From Corallococcus sp. BB11-1 (lineage in GTDB: Bacteria; Myxococcota; Myxococcia; Myxococcales; Myxococcaceae), in assembly GCF_026626625.1 (NCBI RefSeq), contig NZ_JAPNJY010000032.1, forward strand, positions 10,976 to 74,975: a DNA stretch of 64,000 bases. The letters are read 5' to 3'. Positions 18,066 to 27,930 of this stretch are shown one piece after another (positions within the stretch are counted from its first letter, which is position 1; every line of letters begins with the position of its first letter). The notes under the pieces were generated by a model that was given only the letters and a program-made list of their open reading frames with translations, was not told the DNA's origin and did no database searches. A program made the position numbers and the translations under genes.

Positions 18066-19211
18066 ATGACACCGCCCACCGACCCGTATCAGGCCGTCAC
18101 CCACCCCGACCCCTACCCGTACTACGCCGGCCTGTGCGCGCGGGGAGGTCTGCAACGCATCCCGGGGTTCGAGCCGTGGGTGGCGGCGGATGCCGCCACG
18201 GTGCAGGCCGTCCTCGCCCATGGGCAGCTTCGGGTGCGGCCCCAGGCGGAGCCCGTCCCATCGCACCTGGTGGGCTCCGCCGCGGGGGCCCTCTTCGGGC
18301 GGCTCGTGCGGATGAACGATGCGGCGCCCTACCCCCTCGTGAAGCAGGCGCTGTCCGACACGCTCCCCTTGCTGGTGCAGGCAGTGCATGTGGCAAGCCG
18401 CCTCCAGGCGGCACGGCTCTTTTCAGGGCTTCGGCTGTCACGCCTGCCAGAGACGGCGCTCCAGTTCCCCGTGTTCGTGCTCGGGTCCCTCCTCGGCCTT
18501 CCCGAGACGTCCCTGGAGGAGAGCGTGCGGGACGTGGAGGCCTATGTCCGCTCCGTTGCCCATCCGGCATCAAGCCCGGAGGGCGCTGCGGGGGCCGCAC
18601 GTCTGGTCGAACGCATGGCCACATGCCTTCACTCAAGCCCTCGCCTCCCGGACGTGTTGGCGGCCTTCGCGGCGAGGCTGCGACACGGCGGAGCCCCCGA
18701 GGAGGCGCTGATTCCCAACGCCGTGGGGCTGATCACACAAGCCTACGAGGCCACTGCGGGCCTTGTCGGCGCGTCACTGCTCGCCATCGCGCGGATGCCC
18801 CAGTTGCGGGAGGAGGTGGCCCGGGGCGAATGCACCCTGGAGGACATCATCCACGAGGCCGCCCGTCACGACGCTCCGGTCCAGAACACCCGACGCTTCC
18901 TGCATGCACGCGCGACGCTGGGGGAGCAGGAGCTGGAGGCGGGCGCGACCGTGGTCGTCGTGCTCGCGGCCGCGAACCGCGATCCCCGGGTGAACCCCCA
19001 GCCCGAGCGCTTCCTCCCGCATCGCCACGACCGACGGACCTTCACCTTCGGAGCGGGAGCCCATGCATGTCCAGGGCAGACGCTCGCGGTGACGATGGCC
19101 ACCGCGGCGGTGGAGCAGGTGCTCGCGAGCGACCTGGACCTCACCCCGCTGTCACGCTCCGTCACCTGGCGCCCGTCCACCAACGCTCGCATCCTGGGAG
19201 GTTTTTCATGA
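18066..19211 (+). CDS. cytochrome P450 monooxygenase
   Basis: Heme-binding loop FGAGAHACPGQ; EXXR (ARHDAP); 381 aa. Confidence 0.85.
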   Translation: MTPPTDPYQAVTHPDPYPYYAGLCARGGLQRIPGFEPWVAADAATVQAVLAHGQLRVRPQAEPVPSHLVGSAAGALFGRLVRMNDAAPYPLVKQALSDTLPLLVQAVHVASRLQAARLFSGLRLSRLPETALQFPVFVLGSLLGLPETSLEESVRDVEAYVRSVAHPASSPEGAAGAARLVERMATCLHSSPRLPDVLAAFAARLRHGGAPEEALIPNAVGLITQAYEATAGLVGASLLAIARMPQLREEVARGECTLEDIIHEAARHDAPVQNTRRFLHARATLGEQELEAGATVVVVLAAANRDPRVNPQPERFLPHRHDRRTFTFGAGAHACPGQTLAVTMATAAVEQVLASDLDLTPLSRSVTWRPSTNARILGGFS

Positions 19212-19418
19212 TCGCCGTCATCTTCGAAGTCCAGCCCCACGAAGAGCACCGTCAGCGGTATCTGGATCTCGCCGCGACGTTGCGGCCCCTCTTGGCGGAC
19301 ATTGATGGCTTCATCTCCATCGAGCGGTTCCAGAGCCTCGCGGAGCCGGGCAGTGAGGGACTACGGCATGAAGGACCGGGCAGCCGTGCCCGCCGACAGT
19401 CGCACCGTGCACGGCTGA
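19208..19418 (+). pseudogene. ABM-domain monooxygenase remnant with internal deletion and frameshift
   Basis: ATGA-coupled to the P450. First 48 codons are a good ABM N-terminus (MIAVIFEVQPHEE..ISIERFQSLAEPG). The ABM C-terminus (VRDYGM..PADSRTVHG*) reappears in the +1 frame with the middle of the domain missing. Confidence 0.45.
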
Positions 19419-19530
19419 GCCAGGGCGCGGACGCCAGGCTCCCGAAAGCCCCTTCTCCCGAACGTCCCCGCGTGTGACCGCGCCTCCAGTCACATGCCGG
19501 CAATGACTCCCCACCTTCTTTCAGGGGTGC

Positions 19531-19959
19531 ATGATGAAGAGTGGGTTCTGGAATGCACGGCTCCTATTGCAGGGAACAGGAGCCTTGGGGCTGGCTGCCC
19601 TGTTGCTTGGATTTCCCGCACGGGGACAGACAAGGGAGTTTCTCGAAGGGTCGCCGCAGTATTCCTGCTTCGAGGCGACCCGCGCGGGAGGCGGCGCGGT
19701 GAGCGAAACCCTGGCGGCCCAGCTCTGCCAGGGCGCCCGCTCCGACGCACCGGCGCAATGTTTCCGCCGCGTCCAGGCCGGAGGCTTCCTGTCGGATCCC
19801 CAGGCGCTCCAGCTCTGTCAGTACGCCATGCCGTCGGATGATCCGGCGTCATGCTTTCTCAAGGCACGGACGTCCTCATTCCTGGATGAGTCACAGCTCG
19901 TCCAGCTTTGCCGTCCGCCCATCGCGGAGATGCTGAAGATGTGTCCCTACGGGCCCTGA
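19531..19959 (+). CDS. secreted cysteine-rich protein with three internal repeats
   Basis: Signal peptide; unit C(F/f)..x(n)..QLCQ repeated three times (AQLCQGARSDAPAQCF / LQLCQYAMPSDDPASCF / VQLCRPP). Confidence 0.45.
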   Translation: MMKSGFWNARLLLQGTGALGLAALLLGFPARGQTREFLEGSPQYSCFEATRAGGGAVSETLAAQLCQGARSDAPAQCFRRVQAGGFLSDPQALQLCQYAMPSDDPASCFLKARTSSFLDESQLVQLCRPPIAEMLKMCPYGP

Positions 19960-20217
19960 TTCGCCCACGGGTCACGGAAGCTGAGTGCTCCAAGGCCAGC
20001 CGGCTGGAAGGACTTCCATGCGCCGTCGAACCTTGTTGGAAGCTCGCGTACCGTCGCGTCCGGCTTCTGAGCCACCAGCCGCCTGAGCGCGGGGGCCACC
20101 TTGCCCCGAATGGGCGAGAAGGCGCCGCCGCCTTGGGGCCACGGCACGACGTCCCCTGTCCCCAGAGAAGATCAAGCCTCGACGATCGCGCCAAATCGCG
20201 CGACAATACTGCACCAC

Positions 20218-20583
20218 ATGGTTCAGCATTCAGGTGCCCGCCTCAATGCCTCGTTCGCCGCGCTCTCGGACGCGACCCGACGCGGCATCCTGGAGCAGCT
20301 CGGACGTTCAGACGCTTCGATCACGGACCTCGCCGAGAAGTTCCGCATGACCCTCACGGGCATGAAGAAGCACGTCGGCGTCTTGGAGCAGGCCGGGCTC
20401 GTCGTCACCCAGAAGGTCGGGCGCGTGCGGACCTGCAAGCTCGGGCCACTCCAACTGGAAGAAGAGACGGCGTGGCTCGAGAGGTACCGCCAGCTCTGGG
20501 CCTCACGCTTCGATGAGTTGGACAAAATTGTCGAGGAACTGAAACAAAAGGAGAAGGTCAATGGACGCAAGAAGAGAGAGTGA
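20218..20583 (+). CDS. ArsR/SmtB-family transcriptional regulator
   Basis: LSDATRRGILEQL..ITDLAEKFRMTLTGMKKHVGVLEQAGLV wHTH. Confidence 0.75.
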   Translation: MVQHSGARLNASFAALSDATRRGILEQLGRSDASITDLAEKFRMTLTGMKKHVGVLEQAGLVVTQKVGRVRTCKLGPLQLEEETAWLERYRQLWASRFDELDKIVEELKQKEKVNGRKKRE

Positions 20584-21064
20584 ACCCGTGAAGAACGTCA
20601 CAACGGCGGAACGGAAATCCGAGCGCGAGTTCGTCGTCACGCGAACCGTCAACGGCCCGGCGCGCATCATTTTCGAGGCGTGGACCAAGCCCGAGCTGCT
20701 CAAGCGGTGGTGGGCACCGAAGTCGTTTGGGATTTCCTTCATCTCCTGCGAGGCCGATGTTCGTGTCGGGGGCACGTACCGCTTCGTGTTCGGCCACCCT
20801 GCCTCGGAGCAGCCGATGGCGTTCTTCGGTAGGTACATCGAAGTGACGCCGCACTCGCGCCTCGCCTGGACGAATGAGGAAAGTGCTGAGGGGGCCGTCA
20901 CCACGGTGACCTTCGAAGAGAATGGCGGCAAGACGCGGGTCGTCGTGCACGACCTCTATCCCTCGAAGGAAGCTCTCGACGGCGCCATCGCCTCCGGGAG
21001 CACCTGTGGGATGGGCGAGACGCTCGATCAGTTGGACGAGCTACTCGTGGCCCTGGGCGTCTAA
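20561..21064 (+). CDS. SRPBCC-superfamily protein (AHSA1/Aha1-like)
   Basis: 167 aa with AHSA1-like pattern (ARIIFEAWTKPELLKRWW..GGTYRF); overlaps the ArsR gene by 23 bp, a common operon pairing. Confidence 0.7.
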   Translation: MDARRESEPVKNVTTAERKSEREFVVTRTVNGPARIIFEAWTKPELLKRWWAPKSFGISFISCEADVRVGGTYRFVFGHPASEQPMAFFGRYIEVTPHSRLAWTNEESAEGAVTTVTFEENGGKTRVVVHDLYPSKEALDGAIASGSTCGMGETLDQLDELLVALGV

Positions 21065-21200
21065 CGCCGGGATCAGTTGAGTTGAAGGAAGGAGAGGCAG
21101 TGGCGGAACCAGGCCGCGAGCTTCGCGAGCGGAGTGGCCGCACGTAACTGCCTCACCGTCCGCGGAACCTGTCAACGTGAGGGCCCTGGGTTGATCTGTC

Positions 21201-23885
21201 TCACCGGGCCCGGAGGAAGTCCCGGACGCTCTGCTGCTGGAGCTTCGCGGATTCGATGCACAGCCGGATGGACTCCACCGCCCGGGCCAGCGCGCGCGGT
21301 CCTCCCTCCACGCGCGTCACCCGGGGCGTGAGGAAGGACTCCGCCTCCGCGAGCTGGCGCTCATCACAGAGATTGCCCACCTGGTTGATGAGCCCGCCCT
21401 GCTCATCCGAGCGCAGGCGCTGGGTGAGCACGTCGAACCGCGCGCGGTAGAACTCCCAGGCCAGGGCCTGCGTCTCCGGCATGTTCAGCGACGTCTTGAG
21501 GATGATCAGCGCATCCCGCGTGTCGAAGTCCGGCCCCACCACCAGTTCCAGCGCCCGCCGCGTCAGCTCCGGCGTCCGGAAGTAGCCCAGCGCCGACAAC
21601 AGCCGGGCGCGTTCGTTGCGGTCCTGCTCCTTCTTCGCCGCCTCCAGCAACGCGTTGAACAGGTCCGCGTCGCCATGCGCCGCCGCGCGGGGCAGTGCGC
21701 TGCTCAGCGCCTCCGGGTCCACGGACTTGCGGTCCGCGAGCCACGCGCGCACCAGCGGCCCGGCGTCCTTCACCAGCGCCGGGTCCTCGCCCAGCCCGGC
21801 GGCGAGCCGCAGGAACAGCGACCGGGATTGCTTCACGCCATCGTCATCGCCGGCCTTCGACACCCAGCCCAGGGCCCGCGCGCGCGGTGCGTAGAGCGAC
21901 GCCACCCAGGCGCGAAAGCGCTTGCGCTCCTCCGCGGAGAGCCTGTCCAACCGCACCTGTGAAAGCAGCGCGGCCCCGCTCTCCACCACCAGCCGCTCCG
22001 GTGAACGCACCGAGGCCGGAACGGCCTTCAAGGCCTCCCCGAGCGGCAGGTCCCCGCGCTCCACCGCCGCGTCCACGTCCGCCCAGAGGGCCACCTGCTC
22101 GCCCGTCGTGAAGGCCGAAGGCGGAGTCGCCAGCAGCGCCGTGAGCTGTTCGCGCGTGTAGCCGCCACGGTAGTAGCCCGTGCCCCCCGCGTTGAGCAGC
22201 ACCCACGCCGGGCACTGCTTCGTGGGCAGCGCCACCTCCGCCGTGGGGCCCTTCAGCATCGAGCACACCCGGGACGACTTCGTCCCCGTCCCCGCGAGAA
22301 GACAGACAGGCACCTGCCACTCCTGCCGCGCGTTCGCCCGGGAGCCCGCGGGCAGGTAGCGCTCCTGCGACAGCTTCACCGTCGGCACGCCCCCCGCCGG
22401 GCACGTCACCCGCGCGGACACCCGGGGCGCCCCGCCCTTTTCGATGAAGCCCTTGAAGGAGTTCGCCACCTCCGGCCCCGCCGCCTGGGACACCTCCGCC
22501 AGGAAGTCCTCCGTCGTCGCCACGCCCCACGCGTGCTTGCGGACATAGCCTCGCATCACATCGCGGAAGCGCTCCGCGCCCAGCCACGCTTCGAACATGG
22601 CGATGACGGAGGAGCCCTTGTCATACGTCGTCCCATTGTCGAACGAGCCCACGATGTCGTCGTTGCTCGCCACCGGCTTGCGCACCGGCAACGCGGCCTC
22701 CAACGCATCCGACGACAGCGCCGAGCGCGTCGCATACATGGCCCGCTCCTGCTGGTAGTCCCACGACGGCTCCAGCCGGTCCACCGTCTGCCGGTCCAGC
22801 CACGCCGTGAAGGACTCGTTCAGCCAGATGTCGTTCCACCAGGCGTTGGTGACGACGGCGCTGAACCAGTAGTGCCCCAGCTCGTGATTGGCGATGACCG
22901 CATAGTGCTTGCGCCGGGCCAGCGTCTCCTCTGCCGGGGGGATGAGGGTCAGCGGCTGCCCGAGCGCCACGAGGCCCGGGTGCTCCATCGTGCCCCAGTA
23001 GCGGGGCACCACCGCCACATCCAGCTTCTCGTAGGGGTACGTCTGGTCGAAGAAGTCCTCCAGGCCCTTCACGATGCGCGGCGTGACACTGGCGGCGTAG
23101 CGCGTCTCCCCTCCCCGCCCCTTCGGAACGATGAAGCGCAGCGGCACGCTGGCGCGCCCCACGGTGCCCGCCTCCACCACGTCGAACGGGCCCACGATGA
23201 AGGCCACGAGGTAGCTGGGCATGGGCTTGCTCTGCGCGAACGTGACGCGCTCCAGCCCGCCCGCCAGGGACTCCCGTGAGACCTCCGGGTGGTTGGCCAG
23301 GGCCACGTGCCCCGCCTTCACCGTCAAGCGCAGCCGCCAGGGCACCTTGAAGGTCGGCTCGTCGAAGCACGGGAAGGCGCGCCGCGCGTCGATGGGCTCG
23401 AAGAACGTGTAGAGGTAGGACTCGCCGCCCTCCGCCTGTCCATAGAGGCCCTGGCTGCGCTCGCGGTCCACCTTGCCGGTGAAGTCCAGGGTGAGCGTCG
23501 CCGTGCCCACGGGCAGCTCCTCCGGCAACAGCAATCCCAGGCGCCCCTCGCTTTCGGAGACGGGCTTCGCGTCGAAGGTGCGGCCTCCCACCGTCACCGT
23601 GGCGCGCTTCACCTCCAGGTCCTGGCCATGCAGCCACACCTGACGCACCGGCTTGAGCACCTCCACGTCGATGCTGACGCTGCCCGGGTAGGTGGCCTCC
23701 GCGGGCAGCAGCTTCAGGTCCAACGCATAGCGGAGCGGACGCACCGTGTCCGGCAGCCGCAGCGCGGGCGGCTGGGGCTCCGGCCACGCGACGGCGGCGG
23801 GCGCGACGGCCTGCGTCACGGCCTCCGGCGAATGGGCACAGCGGACGGTCACCGCGACGACGAGCAACAGGAGGAGGCGGTTCAT
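21201..23885 (-). CDS. M1-family zinc aminopeptidase (aminopeptidase N-like), secreted
   Basis: Signal peptide MNRLLLLLVVAVTV; GTMEHPG (GAMEN-like) motif; HELGHYWF HEXXH plus downstream E; ERAP-type C-terminal domain. Confidence 0.85.
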   Translation of the reverse strand: MNRLLLLLVVAVTVRCAHSPEAVTQAVAPAAVAWPEPQPPALRLPDTVRPLRYALDLKLLPAEATYPGSVSIDVEVLKPVRQVWLHGQDLEVKRATVTVGGRTFDAKPVSESEGRLGLLLPEELPVGTATLTLDFTGKVDRERSQGLYGQAEGGESYLYTFFEPIDARRAFPCFDEPTFKVPWRLRLTVKAGHVALANHPEVSRESLAGGLERVTFAQSKPMPSYLVAFIVGPFDVVEAGTVGRASVPLRFIVPKGRGGETRYAASVTPRIVKGLEDFFDQTYPYEKLDVAVVPRYWGTMEHPGLVALGQPLTLIPPAEETLARRKHYAVIANHELGHYWFSAVVTNAWWNDIWLNESFTAWLDRQTVDRLEPSWDYQQERAMYATRSALSSDALEAALPVRKPVASNDDIVGSFDNGTTYDKGSSVIAMFEAWLGAERFRDVMRGYVRKHAWGVATTEDFLAEVSQAAGPEVANSFKGFIEKGGAPRVSARVTCPAGGVPTVKLSQERYLPAGSRANARQEWQVPVCLLAGTGTKSSRVCSMLKGPTAEVALPTKQCPAWVLLNAGGTGYYRGGYTREQLTALLATPPSAFTTGEQVALWADVDAAVERGDLPLGEALKAVPASVRSPERLVVESGAALLSQVRLDRLSAEERKRFRAWVASLYAPRARALGWVSKAGDDDGVKQSRSLFLRLAAGLGEDPALVKDAGPLVRAWLADRKSVDPEALSSALPRAAAHGDADLFNALLEAAKKEQDRNERARLLSALGYFRTPELTRRALELVVGPDFDTRDALIILKTSLNMPETQALAWEFYRARFDVLTQRLRSDEQGGLINQVGNLCDERQLAEAESFLTPRVTRVEGGPRALARAVESIRLCIESAKLQQQSVRDFLRAR

Positions 23886-24137
23886 GGGTGCTGGAGCGTA
23901 GCGCCCCCCCACCCGACGTCCAGGGTAATCACCGACCCTGAAAGGGTTTGGACAGACTCCGAAAGCTGGCGGACCCATCTACAAACATCTCAGCATTCTG
24001 ATAAACTCATCATCCACTCCCAACCCCTTTCCTGAATCCTCGCTTCAGTCCCCAGGCCTCGGCTGGCGACGAAGTGAGCCGGGTGACCGTCACGTTGACC
24101 GCCAGTGGCGTTCCGACCTCCACCACGGTGCTGACTG

Positions 24138-24338
24138 ATGATGGTCGCGGGGACGCTCATCGCCGTCCATGACCCGGCGCTCAATGTGCAGACCCCGCTG
24201 GGCGCCTTCACCCATGCGCGCAGCTCCGCATCCCTCATCCAGCTGCCTTCAGGCAAGCTCCTGGTGACGGGCGGGTCGTCGAGCATCGGTTTGACGGCCG
24301 AACTCTTCGTGAACGCGGCGCTCCTCTACACGCCCTGA
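24138..24338 (+). pseudogene. kelch-repeat protein C-terminal fragment (gene remnant)
   Basis: 66-aa ORF with kelch-blade signature (GKLLVTGG..TAELF) in a 566-bp intergenic region; no full-length gene context. Confidence 0.25.
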
Positions 24339-24450
24339 TGGCGGCACCACGCCAGCGCGCCAGCCTTGCGCGCGGACGTGGTTGTCCGGTGGTCCCACGC
24401 CAGCGACGACGGGCATTGCGGCCTGCCTCGAATCAGCGAGGATGCGGCCC

Positions 24451-25272
24451 ATGTCCACCCTCAAAGGCAAGACCCTCTTCATCTCCGGCGCCAGCCGCGG
24501 CATCGGCCTGGCCATCGCGCTGCGCGCGGCCCGGGACGGCGCCAACATCATCATCGCGGCGAAGACCACCGACCCGCACCCCAAGCTGCCCGGCACCATC
24601 TACACGGCCGCGAAGGAGATTGAAGCGGCCGGCGGCAAGGCGCTGCCCTGCGTGGTGGACATCCGCGACGAGGCGCAGATCCACGCGGCCGTGGCCAAGG
24701 CGGTGGAGACCTTCGGCGGCATCGACATCCTGGTGAACAACGCCAGCGCCATCAGCCTCACCGGCACGCTGGAGACGCCGCTCAAGCGCTTCGACCTGAT
24801 GCACGGCATCAACACGCGCGGCACCTTCGCGTGCTCGCAGGCGTGCCTGCCGTACCTCAAGAAGTCCTCCAACCCGCACATCCTCAACAACTCGCCGCCG
24901 CTCAACATGGAGGCGCGCTGGTTCGGCCCGCACGTCGCCTACACCATGGCGAAGTTCGGCATGAGCATGTGCGTGCTCGGCATGGCGGAGGAGTTCAAGG
25001 ACGAGGGCATCGCCGTCAACGCCCTCTGGCCCCGCACCGTCATCGCCACCGCCGCCGTGCAGAACCTGCTGGGCGGCGATGAGACCATCAAGGGCAGCCG
25101 CTCGCCGGAGATCATGGCGGACGCGGCCCACGCCATCCTCACCAAGCCCAGCCGCTCCTTCACCGGCAACTTCTGCATCGACGAGGACGTGCTGCGCGGC
25201 GTGGGCGTCACGAACTTCGACAAGTACCAGTCCGTGCCCGGCGCGGAGCTGTTCCCCGACTACTTCATCTGA
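24451..25272 (+). CDS. SDR-family oxidoreductase (HSDL2-like)
   Basis: LFISGASRGIGLAIA; NNAS; YTMAKFG catalytic YxxxK; RBS GAGGA 8 nt upstream of the ATG at 24451. Confidence 0.85.
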   Translation: MSTLKGKTLFISGASRGIGLAIALRAARDGANIIIAAKTTDPHPKLPGTIYTAAKEIEAAGGKALPCVVDIRDEAQIHAAVAKAVETFGGIDILVNNASAISLTGTLETPLKRFDLMHGINTRGTFACSQACLPYLKKSSNPHILNNSPPLNMEARWFGPHVAYTMAKFGMSMCVLGMAEEFKDEGIAVNALWPRTVIATAAVQNLLGGDETIKGSRSPEIMADAAHAILTKPSRSFTGNFCIDEDVLRGVGVTNFDKYQSVPGAELFPDYFI

Positions 25273-25321
25273 CCGTCGGACCCACCCCGGGGCGCATGGG
25301 TGCGCCAGGAACAAGGCCCTC

Positions 25322-26242
25322 ATGCCCCCGCGCAAGCTGCTGCGACACCTGGTCTGGCTGGAGTCCTTCACCGCCGCCGTGGAGGCGGGCAGCATCGACG
25401 CCGCCGCGGAGCACCTGGGCGTCGCCCGCTCCGTGGTGAGCGAACACATCCGCGCCCTGGAGGAGGCCCTGGCGGATGGCGCCGCCCTGCTGGAGCGCGG
25501 CCCGGGGCGCAGGCTGCAACTGTCCGCGCGCGGCGAGCGCCTCTACGCGGGCACCCAGACGCCGCTGCACCAGTTGGACATGAAGCGGCTCATGGACCTG
25601 GCCCGCGTGGAGCCCACCCTGCGCCTGGGGCTCAACCCCACCCTGTCCATGTCGCTGCTGGGCGGCATCGCGCAGGACGCGGCCGCCACCGACCTCAAGC
25701 TGGTGGTGGGCTTCGGCGGCTCGCACGAGCTGGTGCGGCAGGTGCAGACGCGGCAGCAGGACCTGGTGCTGGACTTCACCCCCCTGCCCCCGCACGACGG
25801 CGTGGATTCAGAATCCCTGCTGCGCATGTCCTTCGTGGTGCTGGCCGGCCCGGACTCCGCGCTGGTGCGCGAACAGGCGTCCCGGCGCGCGCTGGATGTG
25901 AAGGACCTGCAGGGTCAACGCTTCGTGGACTGGTTGCGAGACGACCCGTACGGCGGCGCCAACAGCGCGCGCTTCGCCGCCCAGGGGGTCAAGGTGGACG
26001 AGGTGGGTCGCGTGGAGAGCTTCCTCCACCTCTACGAGTTGCTGCGCGCCTACCGCGCCTGCGCCATCGCCCCCGACGTACGCCCCACCCAGCCGTTCCC
26101 CTCCGACATCCACGTCTGGCCCCTGCGCGAGGCGGAACCCCAGGTCGTGGAGGTGGTCGCCCTGTGGCCCTCCGGTGGCCTCAGCCCCGGCGCCCACACC
26201 GTCCTGGACGGCCTGCGACGTCGCCTCCGCAAACGACGATAA
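25322..26242 (+). CDS. LysR-family transcriptional regulator
   Basis: N-terminal HTH LLRHLVWLESFTAAVEAGSIDAAAEHLGVARSVVSEHIRALE; LysR substrate-binding-like C-terminus. Confidence 0.8.
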   Translation: MPPRKLLRHLVWLESFTAAVEAGSIDAAAEHLGVARSVVSEHIRALEEALADGAALLERGPGRRLQLSARGERLYAGTQTPLHQLDMKRLMDLARVEPTLRLGLNPTLSMSLLGGIAQDAAATDLKLVVGFGGSHELVRQVQTRQQDLVLDFTPLPPHDGVDSESLLRMSFVVLAGPDSALVREQASRRALDVKDLQGQRFVDWLRDDPYGGANSARFAAQGVKVDEVGRVESFLHLYELLRAYRACAIAPDVRPTQPFPSDIHVWPLREAEPQVVEVVALWPSGGLSPGAHTVLDGLRRRLRKRR

Positions 26243-26334
26243 TCCGTCGAAGACGTCGATTTCTGCCGGATTTCCGTCCGCCGCTGACGTGGGTATCTTC
26301 CAGGTGTCCTGTTTCTCTTGAAGGAGCCTCCGAG

Positions 26335-27930
26335 ATGACCCCCACGGAACGGACGATTGCCCGCCTGCCCGCCCACCTGCGCCGCTACGTGGTGTCGCAG
26401 GACTACGCGGCCTACACGCCCCGCGACCAGGCGGTGTGGCGGCACATCCTGGGGCAGCTCCGGGACCACCTGCGGGACAAGGCGCACCCCGTGTACCTGG
26501 AGGGCCTGGAGGCCACGGGCATCGGCGCGGAGGCCATCCCCAGCCTGGATGAGATGAACGAGAAGCTGTCGAAGCTGGGCTGGTCCTGCGTGGCGGTGCG
26601 CGGCTTCATCCCCCCGGCGGTCTTCACGGAGCTGCAGGCGCTGGGCGTGCTGGCCATCGCGGCGGACATCCGCACGCACGAGCACATCCAGTACACGCCC
26701 GCGCCGGACATCGTCCATGAGAGCGCGGGGCACGCGCCCATCATCGCGAACCGCCGGTACGCGGAGTACCTCAAGGCGGTGGGGCTGGTGGGGTTCAAGG
26801 CCATCGCGAGCGTGGAGGACCAGGCCGTCTTCGAGGCCATCCGCAACCTGTCGGTGGTGAAGGAGGACCCCACGGCGAGCGAGGAGGAGATCGCGCACGC
26901 CCAGGCCCGCCTGGAGGCCGCCAACGCCAGCCACCGCTACATCAGCGAGAGCACCCGCGCGAGCCGCCTGTACTGGTGGACGGCGGAGTACGGGCTCGTG
27001 GGTGACCTGGAGCGTCCGCGCATCTACGGCGCGGGCCTGCTGTCCAGCATCGGCGAGGCGAAGCACTGCCTGACGTCCGCGGTGCACAAGCTGCCCCTGG
27101 GCGTGGCGTGCGCGGACATGGACTACGACATCACCCGCATGCAGCCGCAGCTCTTCGTGGCGCGCGACTTCGAGCACCTGTTCGAGGTGCTGGCGGAGTT
27201 CGAGTCCACGCTCGCGTGGAAGCGCGGCGGGGACCTGGGCCTGAACGAGGCGCTGCGCGCGCGCACGGTGAACCACCTGGTGCTCGCGGACGGTCGCGAG
27301 GTGACGGGCAAGGTGGTGGAGCTGCTGCCGGCCGCCGGCGAGGTGGCCCCCGGGCTGTCCACCGCGTTGGCGCGGCTGGAGGGCCCCATCCTCACGTCGC
27401 GTGACGGGCAGGCGCTGGACAAGCCGTTCAGCGGCGCGGCGCTGGTGGCCTTTGGGAAGGGCGCCCTGCCGGAGCGCGGGAACTTCCGGCTGGCCCTGGA
27501 CAGCGGGCTGGTGCTGGAGGGCTTCGCGGTGGGCGGCGGTGAGGTGATTGCCCTGAGCGGGACGCTCGCGGGCCAGCCGCTGGAGCTGCCGTCGATGGCG
27601 CGGCTGTACCTGACGGAGCGGCTGCCGTCGGTGGCGGGCGGCCCCGCGGATCCGGGCGCGTGGGACAAGTGGTTCGGGGAGATGAATGCCTTCACCGCAG
27701 GCGACGGCGAGGCGCAGGCCCGCGAGCGCAAGGCGCAGGCGCTGCATCCGTCCCTGGCGGCGCTCTACACGGAGGTGCGCCGCCTCCGTGAGACGGGGCA
27801 GCTCGCGGCGGAGCGGCTGGAGCAGATTGCTCGCGCGTCCTCCGACTTCCCGTCGGACTGGCTCCTGCGCGCGGAGGTGGCGGAGCTGCGCGGGGAAGCA
27901 CCTTCACCGCGCAACGCGGCCCACGCGTAG
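26335..27930 (+). CDS. phhA: aromatic amino acid hydroxylase (phenylalanine-4-hydroxylase-like) with about 250-aa C-terminal extension
   Basis: Biopterin-dependent hydroxylase catalytic core (HESAGHAP iron-binding His, YWWTAEYGL, GAGLLSS); RBS AAGGAG 8 nt upstream; long C-terminal tail of unknown fold. Confidence 0.8.
   Translation: MTPTERTIARLPAHLRRYVVSQDYAAYTPRDQAVWRHILGQLRDHLRDKAHPVYLEGLEATGIGAEAIPSLDEMNEKLSKLGWSCVAVRGFIPPAVFTELQALGVLAIAADIRTHEHIQYTPAPDIVHESAGHAPIIANRRYAEYLKAVGLVGFKAIASVEDQAVFEAIRNLSVVKEDPTASEEEIAHAQARLEAANASHRYISESTRASRLYWWTAEYGLVGDLERPRIYGAGLLSSIGEAKHCLTSAVHKLPLGVACADMDYDITRMQPQLFVARDFEHLFEVLAEFESTLAWKRGGDLGLNEALRARTVNHLVLADGREVTGKVVELLPAAGEVAPGLSTALARLEGPILTSRDGQALDKPFSGAALVAFGKGALPERGNFRLALDSGLVLEGFAVGGGEVIALSGTLAGQPLELPSMARLYLTERLPSVAGGPADPGAWDKWFGEMNAFTAGDGEAQARERKAQALHPSLAALYTEVRRLRETGQLAAERLEQIARASSDFPSDWLLRAEVAELRGEAPSPRNAAHA

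Noticed and set aside
17696-19477. 593-aa plus-strand ORF spanning the ArsR-like regulator (antisense) and the P450 region
   Set aside because: The translation is Arg/Pro/Gly low-complexity. Only its last about 90 codons are meaningful; these are the ABM remnant, annotated separately.
25300-27930. 876-aa ORF beginning inside the LysR gene in another frame
   Set aside because: Its N-terminal 345 aa are R/G/P-rich shadow sequence. A real start with an AAGGAG RBS is at 26335, where the hydroxylase domain begins.
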